Shown: positions 55,815-64,000 of the stretch, in pieces
How positions within the stretch are numbered: the first letter of the stretch is position 1
Layout of the letters: each line of letters starts with the position of its first letter
DNA from: the human T2T-CHM13v2.0 reference genome, Homo sapiens
Direction: 5' to 3' (one strand)
Length of the DNA: 64,000 nucleotides
Assembly: GCF_009914755.1 (NCBI RefSeq)
Contig: NC_060947.1
Notes under the pieces: generated by a model
Seen by the model: the letters and a program-made list of their open reading frames with translations, nothing else
What the model was told of the DNA's origin: nothing
Databases searched by the model: none
Program-made: the position numbers and the translations under genes

Positions 55815-58300
55815 ACTTTACTGAATTCATTTGTCAGTTCCAGGAGCCTTTTGGCAGAGTCTTTTGGGTTTTCTATGTATAGCATCATATAGATGGCAAA
55901 AGAGATAGTTTGACTTCTTCTTTTCCTATTCGGATACCTTTTATTTCTTTCTCCTGCCTGATTGCTCTGGCTAGGACTTCCAGTATTATGTTGAATAGGA
56001 GTGGTGAAAGTAGGCATACTTATCTTAGTCCAGTACTCAAAGAGAATAGTTCCAGCTTTTGCTCATTCAGTATGATTTTCTTTGCTCATTTTTGAATTAG
56101 ATTACCTGCTTTTTGTTGTTATTTAGTTGGAGGAGTTCTTAATATATTCTGGATATTAACCCTTTATCAGATATAAGATTTGTAAATATTTTCTTTTATT
56201 TTGTGCATTGCCTTTATGCCATGTTGATAGCGTCTTTTAATGCACAAATGTTTTTAATTTTAGAGAAGTCCGATTTATCTATTTTTTGTTGCTGCCTGCG
56301 TTTTGGGTGGCATATCCAAGAAATCATTGCCAAATTTAATGCCATGAAGTTTTCTTCCTGTATTTCCTTTAAAGATTTCTACACTTTTAGCTCTTACATT
56401 TAGGTCTTTGATCCATTTTGAGTTATTTTTTGTATATGGTGAAAGGCAATGGTCCAACTTCATGTTTTTGCATGTGGATATTTAGAGGTTTTTTTTTTTT
56501 AAACCACCGTTTGTTGAAGAGACTGCCCTTTCCTCATTGAATGGTCTTAGCACCTTTGTCAAAAATCATTTGACCATATATGTGAGGGTTAATTTCTGTC
56601 CTCTCAGTTCTACTCCATTGGTCTTTATGTTTGTCTTTCTGCCAGTACCACCCACACTGTTTTGATTACTGCAAGTCTTATGGACTGAATGTTTTTGTTC
56701 ACCCAGAATTCATATATTGAAGCTCTAATCCCCAGTGTGGCTGTATTTGGAGTAAGAAGGCAATTAATTGGAAATTAGGTCATAAGGGTGGGGCCTTGAT
56801 CCTATAGAATTAGTGCCCTTATAAGAAGAAGCATGAAAGCATTCTCACATGTCCTCTCTCCTCCCCCCAGCCCCATCCAGCATGCACACAAAGAGGAGGT
56901 CCTGTGAGCACACAGCAAGAAGGCAGCCATCTGCAGGACAAAGCGAGAACCCTCACCAAACACCAAGTTTGCTTGCACCTTGATGTTGGACTTCCAGTCT
57001 TCAGAACTGTAATAAAATAAATTTCTGTTGTTTAGGCCACCCAGTCCATGGTATTTTGCTATGGTAGCCCAAGCAGACAAATACAGTAGCTTTGTAGTAA
57101 TTTTTGAATTCAGGAAGTGTAAGACTTCCAACTTTGTTCTTTTTCAAGATTATTTTGATTATTCACGCTCTTTTAGATTGATTCTATATTAATTTTAGGA
57201 AATATTATTCTATTTCTTAAAAAAGTATTTGATTTTTGGTAAGGATTGCACTGAATCTGTGTATCATTTTGAGTAGTATTTACATCCTAACAGTATTAAA
57301 ATATTCCTATTAGATCCCACCTCCAACAACACTTGAAATCAAATTTCAACATGAGATTCATTGGGGTCAAACAAACCAAACTACATCACCTAGTATGTTG
57401 ATTTTTTTAAATCAAGAACGTGTGTTGAATTTTGCCAAATGCTTATCCTGCATGAATTTAGATGATTATGTGTTTTTTCTTCATTCTGTTAATGTGATAT
57501 ATTACATCAATTGGTTTTCATATGTTGAACAATCCTTGAACCACAGAATAAAGCCCACGTTGTCATAGTGTGTAATCCTTTTAATATGCTACTTAATTTG
57601 ATTTACTAGTATTTTGTTGAGTATTGTTGCATCAATATTCACATGGGATATTGGTATGTATTTTTCTTTTCTCGTTTTGCCTTCACCAGGCTTTGATATC
57701 AGGGTAATGCTAGCCTGATAGGGTGAATTAGGAAGTATTCCTTCTTCTTCAATTTTTTGGAAGCATTTGAGAAGGATTGGTGTTAATTATTCTTCAAATG
57801 TTTGGTAGAATTTACCAGTGAAGACTTTGGTCCAAATCTTCCTTGTTGGAAGGTTTTTGATTACTGATTCAGTATCTGTATTAGTTATAGATCTATTCAC
57901 ATTTTCTATTTCTTTATGATTTATTCTTGGTAGGCTTTGCATTTCTAGGAATTTTTCATTTCATCCAGGTTATCCAATTTTTTGGTGTACAATTATTCAT
58001 AGTACTCTTATTATTCTTATCATTTCTATAAATTCAACAGTAATGCTCCACCTTCCATTCTGATTTTAGTAATTTGAATCTTCTTTTTCTTAGTCAACCT
58101 AGCTACACATTGTCAATTTTCTTGATCTTTTCTAAGAAGTAACTCTTGGTTTGGTTTATTTTCTCTATTGTTTTTCTAATCTATTTTATTTATATCTGCT
58201 CTAATCTTATTTCCTTCTTTATGCTAACTTTGACTTTAGATTATTCTTTTTTTTTCTATTTCCTTAAGTTGTAAGGTTAGTTTGCTAACTTGAGATCTTG
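55815..58300 (-). mobile_element. Old L1 ORF2 fragments with a nested MaLR LTR
   Basis: ORFs at 55799-56017 (-) and 56275-56463 (-) translate as L1 ORF2-like sequence. Confidence 0.75.
56675..57085 (+). mobile_element. MaLR LTR (MLT1A/MST-like)
   Basis: tatggactgaatg...cagaattcatatattgaagctctaatcccc...ataaatttctgttgttta...gcccaagcagacaaataca. Confidence 0.85.
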
Positions 58301-59849
58301 CAGGTATTTTGTAAGTCAGGGGGCTTTGTGGATGCACAAGTAGCAAAAGTGATTCAGTATCCAAAATACTGTTGTAATTGGAGTAAAGTCCTAGAATTTG
58401 ACTGACACAAATAAAGCCCTAATTGAGGATGGCTAAATCTCAAAGCTCCCAACAGTCCAAGGTTTTGCCCAGATGGTTGATGAGAGAGTTTCTGCTGTAA
58501 AAAGACTTTAAATCATATGGCTTGATTTGGGAGCATGTTGTTAATATGGTGTCAGGTTGTTTGCCAATTAAAATATCTTCGGCCAGGGTTGGAATTTTAG
58601 CACTAGTCTGTAGTCAGTCCCTACCGTTTAACCAATGACTGTGGAATCTTTGCCTCAGTTGTCAGTTCAGTTGGTGAAGGAAAAGTCAGTGAGGTGTTTG
58701 GGCTGTAGGGCTTCTATTAGCCAATCTTGATGGCATGTGGGCCTCAGTATTTGCCAGGTTTAGTTGAAACGATGAATTATTTTCAGGTTTTGGCCTCTGG
58801 ACTGCAAACCATCAAAAGCATCCAGACCAATAGTAATAAGATCAATATCCAATAAAAAGGTGTGTAGCTGTATATGACAGACTTTTGTTTCTTGATGTTG
58901 ATTCTCTCCTCCCCTCACGTGCATTATTATCAAGGAGGTGTTGTCTGGTTTTGCCATTATGAGATTTGGTGTTGATTCCATTACCCTCTCCAAATGTGAT
59001 TTTCATTTGCTAAGAGGAGTTTTCTACCTCCTTTCTTGGTAGTCCACACTGTCTGTGGGACTCTTGAGCAATGTTTGTTGTTAGCTCTTGAGCACTAATT
59101 TTAATTTTCTGGATGGGAGCAGAGGTAGATCTCAGATTAATTATCCATGCCTTATAACCCAAATGTTAATAATGGTTTTTGGGTGGTAGAAGTTTAGTCA
59201 CAAATGGTTCTCATATAAGATGGGCAAGGGCCTGACCTACGAGACAATCTATGGTTAACAGATCTTAGGAGAGCATGCACCCTTGACCTGGCCTCCAGCA
59301 CTTATGGGATGGTGCAGGATTAAAAATCCATAAAGATAGGAGGAGACAATATTAAAGGGCCGCACATATATAATGAGTTTTCATAAGCATGGAGGTGACA
59401 CATATCCCTCTTTGAATACACGAAAGGGTGATGAAAAGGTTTTCTTTTTTTAATGTTGTGAGGTATGAGATGGCCAAAGACCTTAAATTAGGAGAGATTA
59501 AGGCCTGGAGTAACAGCAAAACCCACTTAGTGGTCCATATACCAGACTGGAGTTTTAAAATGAGTTGTTTGTGGAAACCATTAGATCTCTTCTGATAAAA
59601 CTGGCTAGCTGGGACCCATCAGGGAGTCAAAAGTTCTATTGAATGCCTTTTCCAAGAGCCCAGCATTATGTATTTTGAGATACAAAATGTGTACTTTGGT
59701 TACTATCAGAAATGTCTGAAACTCCAAAGAAGATAAGGAGTGCCCTGGTGAGACCTTGTATTGTGGCCTTAGTATATGTAGAGACATGTGGGATTTTGAT
59801 GTGTCTATGAGGCTAGAGATTCCCAAAGTTCTTTACCTTTAAGGGAAAA

Positions 59850-61860
59850 CCTCTTGGGCAATGGCCCAAGAGTTTGTAGAAATGTCCTGATCATTTGCTA
59901 ACCAGGGCATCCAGTGCTAATATGACTGCCTGTAGTTTCACCAATTGTGCTGATCCTTGGTTCACATTCTTTGTCAGGAAATTCCTGGCTAAGGGATGAA
60001 AAGCAGACCCATTCCACTGAGCTCCATAACTTATGATAGTGGCAACGCCTCCCCTGTAGTCTATTAACTCCCATTGTTTTTCATTCAGTTAATCCTAAGG
60101 GGGTCGCCAGGTAGCTAAGGGGTTTGGAGAGGGGTGACCTCCATGAACATGGCATCTGGCAAGGGACTGAGGACAGGGAATACCATCCCCTCCTGCAGGT
60201 GGAATATATCAGAGGACCCAGGTTTGGCTCTGTCCTGTATCAAGGAGGCCTCCATCACTGTGCCAAGCTTGCGATGTGCTGTGTCCATTATCCAGGGCAT
60301 ATTGAGCAACTGGGTACAAAAGATCACAGGCTCAGGGTCTATGAGAGCCTCTGTTTTCAGAGAAGCCTGGTATATGCCCAGCAATTTTTACTCTCATGGT
60401 GTCTAGCACAGAGCTGAGAAAGGCAGTTTTTCATATCAGAAGGCTATGGGCAATTTATGGCCATTATAGGTAGTTCAGAGATACCAGGAGGCATGAGAAG
60501 AAGTTGAAGTTGGTGAAATCTTTCCAGTGAAGGAGTCTCTGAGGGCATTAATGGAAGTGTCTGTTGATTTCAATCTGGACAAATTTTAGAGCCTTCTGTT
60601 AGAGAATATCTCATTTAGATTGGGCTGATTTGTAAGTGGCAGCATCAGTGAGATTAAGTAAAATTTGCAAATGAGGAATATGTTGCTTCCAAAACCCCAA
60701 AATAACTTAAGGATGTTGGACTTGTATGTCCTTAATGAGTATGTCAAATGAATCTCCTAGGAAGATGTTATCAATGTAATGCCATGGCTGTATTCCTGGA
60801 GAAAGCTGGGTGCAGATAAGATCTTGTCCATAAAAATTGTGCACAATGACAAAGCTATTGAGATACCTCATGAAAAGCTTAATAAAGGTGTATCATATCT
60901 CTTTGAAAGGGAAGGCAAACTGCAGCTGAGAGGCTACTGAAACAGTCACTGAATAGAACATACTAGTCAAAGCTATAATGGCAAAATATTTACTGCCTGC
61001 TGATTAGATGGAGTTAGTAGTTTTAATAATATCGACTATTGGATTTGGGGGCCTTAATGGATAGGACCACAGCATTAGGGTTATAGTAATCACCATGGGG
61101 TACCACTCATTTTTCTTTAGGTTTAAGAACAGGCAAGATTGGGTTACAAATGGAGAAGCAGTGGAGATAATTACCCACTAATTATGTCTTATACAATAAG
61201 TTTTAATCCTTGAAGGCCCTGTTTTAATTTATATTGGACCATCTTAGCTATTTTGACCGAGGAGTGCATGGGGTCCCATTTTATCAAGTCACTTTGTAAA
61301 TACAAAAGATTTAATTTAAATTTAATGTATTATTCATTGTTTCAGAATATCTATGTCCACTATGGGATATATTAGGACAATGGATTTTATTACTATGGGA
61401 ATTTTTTTGAGGGAGAGTCTCACTCTGTCACCCAGGCTGAACGCAGTGGCACAATCAAGGCTCACTGCAGCCTCAACCTCCTGGGCTCAAGCTCCTACCT
61501 CAGCCTCCTGAGTAGCTGGGACTACAGGCATGTGCCACTATGCCCAGCTAATTTCTTATTTTATGTGAAGATGGAGTCTTGCTATGTTGCCCAGGCTGGT
61601 CTTGAACTCCTGGCCTCAGGTAATCTTCCCATCTCAGTTTCTCAAATTGCTGGGATTACAGGTGTGAGCAACAGCACCTAATGCTGGCCTAGTATGGAAA
61701 ATTTTGGCAAGGCCATAGTTAAAATGACGCATACCTATTTTTCACTATCTTATATTTAGTTACTTTCATAAGATTATAAGGAATACCATGTTTAAATTTA
61801 GTGGGATCCCCAGGAATAACCGTCTTTTGAACACCAGTACTAAGTCCATGAAGTTCTGTC
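59850..61860 (-). mobile_element. Decayed ERVL (class III ERV) pro-pol internal region
   Basis: Hand translation on -: protease-like GLSTGVQKTVIPGDP (about 61800-61850); RT KYFAIIALTSMFYSV...QLQFAFPFKEI*YTF...YLNS...HN...QDL...WHYIDNIFL (YIDN at 60778-60767); RNase H-like QGSAQLVKLQAVILAL (about 59910-59965). Order and motifs match HERV-L type pol. Confidence 0.85.
61402..61689 (-). mobile_element. AluJ-like element inserted in the ERVL remnant
   Basis: Reverse Alu with J-type 'cactgcagcctcaacctcctgggctcaag'. Confidence 0.9.
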
Positions 61861-62044
61861 AACTGATGCATTTTACCAAATGTTAAAGTTAATTCAGAAT
61901 CTATGTTATAAGCACACACACACACAAATACTTGTGATTCCATATTAATTCTAGTACTGGCTTTTCCACTCTAGTTTCTATTTATTTTCTACCTTATATT
62001 TATATTTGCTTTCTTTTCTGTTTCTGCAAAAAAAAAAAAAAGGT

Positions 62045-62400
62045 GGGCACTGGGATTTTGACAGGAATTACATTGAATTTGTTGATTGATTTGGAAAGCA
62101 TTGCCATTTTAATGATATTAGGTCTACTAATTCCTAAATATGGGATGTCTTCCCATTTATTTAGGATCTTTTAAATATCTTTCAAGAATCTTTTATAGTT
62201 TACAGTATATAAGTCTTACACCTCCTTGGCTAAATTTATTCCTGAGTATTTTATTGTTTTTGATGTTTTTATAAGTGAAGGTGCTTTTAAATTTCCTTTT
62301 TAGGTTGTTCATTGCTGGTTTATAGAAACACAACATATTTTGTATATTTACATTTTATCCTGTAATTTTGCTGAATTCATAATTACTGATTCAATCTCTC
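62045..62400 (-). mobile_element. Old L1 ORF2 fragment
   Basis: 'ctgggattttgacaggaattacattgaatttg' and 'ggctaaatttattcctgagtattt'. Confidence 0.7.
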
Positions 62401-63589
62401 TACATATTGCAGGTCTATTCAGGTCTTCTATTTTTTTCTAATTATTGTTTTATACATTTGTCTTTTAAGTCATATAGAAAAAAAGAGCAATTCCATACCA
62501 AAATTACAATAACACTGATTTTTATATTTGCCCATGTCCTTTCATTTCAACCTGAAAGAGTCTCTTTAGCATTTTCTTGTAGTGTTGATATAGTGTTAAT
62601 GAACTCCCTCAGGTTTTGTTTCTTTGGAATGTCCTGATTTCTTTCTCATTTTAAAAAATCCTTGGGAACAAAGTCTGCTCTGTTACCTCTAAATCCAGGT
62701 ATCCACATTAGAAATGTAGGGCCCTATTTTCAAGACCACTACTTCACTAGCAAGTGGGCTGAGGCAGAGCTAAATTAAAATGTCACAAAGCTCTTCTATC
62801 ATGGTTAAGTTGCCATATTCTTGATTCAACATTTGCTTGATTGCGATAAACCTTTGACTATTTTCCAGAGTCCTGGTAAAATTTATTCTTATTGTTTTTG
62901 TTCCCAGTGTTTCCATGAAGGGACAGGCCCTTGGAGTTTTCTACTCTGTCATTTTCATTTTCTTTTGACATTGAAGGTCACGCACAGTTACTGCGAAATA
63001 TATCTAAACAGTGCACAAATGTATTCATTCATCATCTTAGAAAAATATGTGCTAGCCGTCTAAAAACTGTCAGTGTATACACAACACAAGGGTAAATCCA
63101 GACAAATACACACTTTATTAATAAAACATGTCAGGTTTGGTCTCAGAGTCCCTGTGGCTCCCCCGCCTTGGTGAGCTCAGTGAAACAATTACAAAGGAAT
63201 AGCATTCAGTGTTGAACATGCTCTCATAAAAACTTAATGCTTTTATTGATTAGTCAACCTATAGCAGTCTTCATGCTAACATAAGAAATGTTTATGGCTC
63301 ACTAGAACTACAAGTTATGAAACCCTTACTCTGTAATCTTTTCTATAAATAAATATTTTCATGGAATCCTGAACAGTACCATATAATGTATGGTCAATAA
63401 CTATCTTTTTGTCACAGATTAGAAAAATGAGGCACAAATACTTTGAAAGATTTGCCTGGGATCACAGGGTTAGTAAAGGACAGAGAAGGGGTTTGGACCT
63501 GGCTACATCTGACAGACTGAACTCTTGCTCTTAGCACATGAGCTATATTGTTTCCCTAAATGTTGGAATTCTCAGCCTCCATCTTCGTT

Positions 63590-64000
63590 GACTGATCTCA
63601 CCCACTTCTGTAGTTTTTAACTATCATTCTAGCAATGAGGACTTCCAACCCCTTATCTCCAGCCCATACTTCTTTCTCCAGGACCCCAGACAGTTATCCA
63701 GTTCTCTGTTGGACCTCTTGTGGCTGTCACAAGGGTACTTCAACATCAAAAGGTCCAAAATTGGCTTCATCATATCCCTTTTAAAAAATCTCTTCTTTCC
63801 CAGCCTCCAGCATGTTCCCTTATCTTACATTTGCTCTACCAGTGAATGGCCCAAGCATCCATTCTGCTGTCAAAATCTAGAAAACTGGGCATGATCCCTT
63901 ACTCTATTTTACTCCCAACATCCAATCAATTGCCAAAGCCTACTATCAACTCCTTCTTAATATCTCTTCAGTACACTTTTCTCCATTCTTACTATGTCTC
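63590..64000. mobile_element. L2-like remnant
   Basis: C/T-rich L2 motifs 'atctccagccca...ctccaggaccccagac', 'catccaatcaattgccaa' and 'atatctct'. Confidence 0.55.

Overview
Eukaryotic DNA, recognisable from its two intact genes as the human/primate Xq22 BEX/TCEAL cluster. There are no prokaryotic features, CRISPR arrays, rRNA or tRNA genes. Two intact minus-strand genes with single coding exons are present: TCEAL8 (CDS 20604-20957) and TCEAL5 (CDS 40920-41540). The most interesting signal is a third, co-oriented paralogous cassette at about 7.5-10.5 kb. It keeps the promoter motif, splice sites, a strong-Kozak ATG and 3' UTR homology. Its ORF has a BEX3-like N-terminus, then a GA-rich expansion read as a poly-Arg tail, then a TAA that is followed in frame by an intact TCEAL7/8-type C-terminus. 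The three cassettes share upstream (E-box/CCAAT) and downstream non-coding blocks. TCEAL5 carries repeated small exon-like modules in its 5' region. A full-length, inactivated L1PA4-like element (about 49.48-55.68 kb) has an intact, extended antisense ORF0 pointing at TCEAL5 and a probable short 3' transduction. It sits inside a decayed ERVL provirus (LTR plus pro/RT/RNase H remnants). The rest is Alu, L1, MaLR/MLT2, MER5 and microsatellite sequence. Repeat subfamily names come from remembered consensus features and need RepeatMasker/Dfam confirmation.
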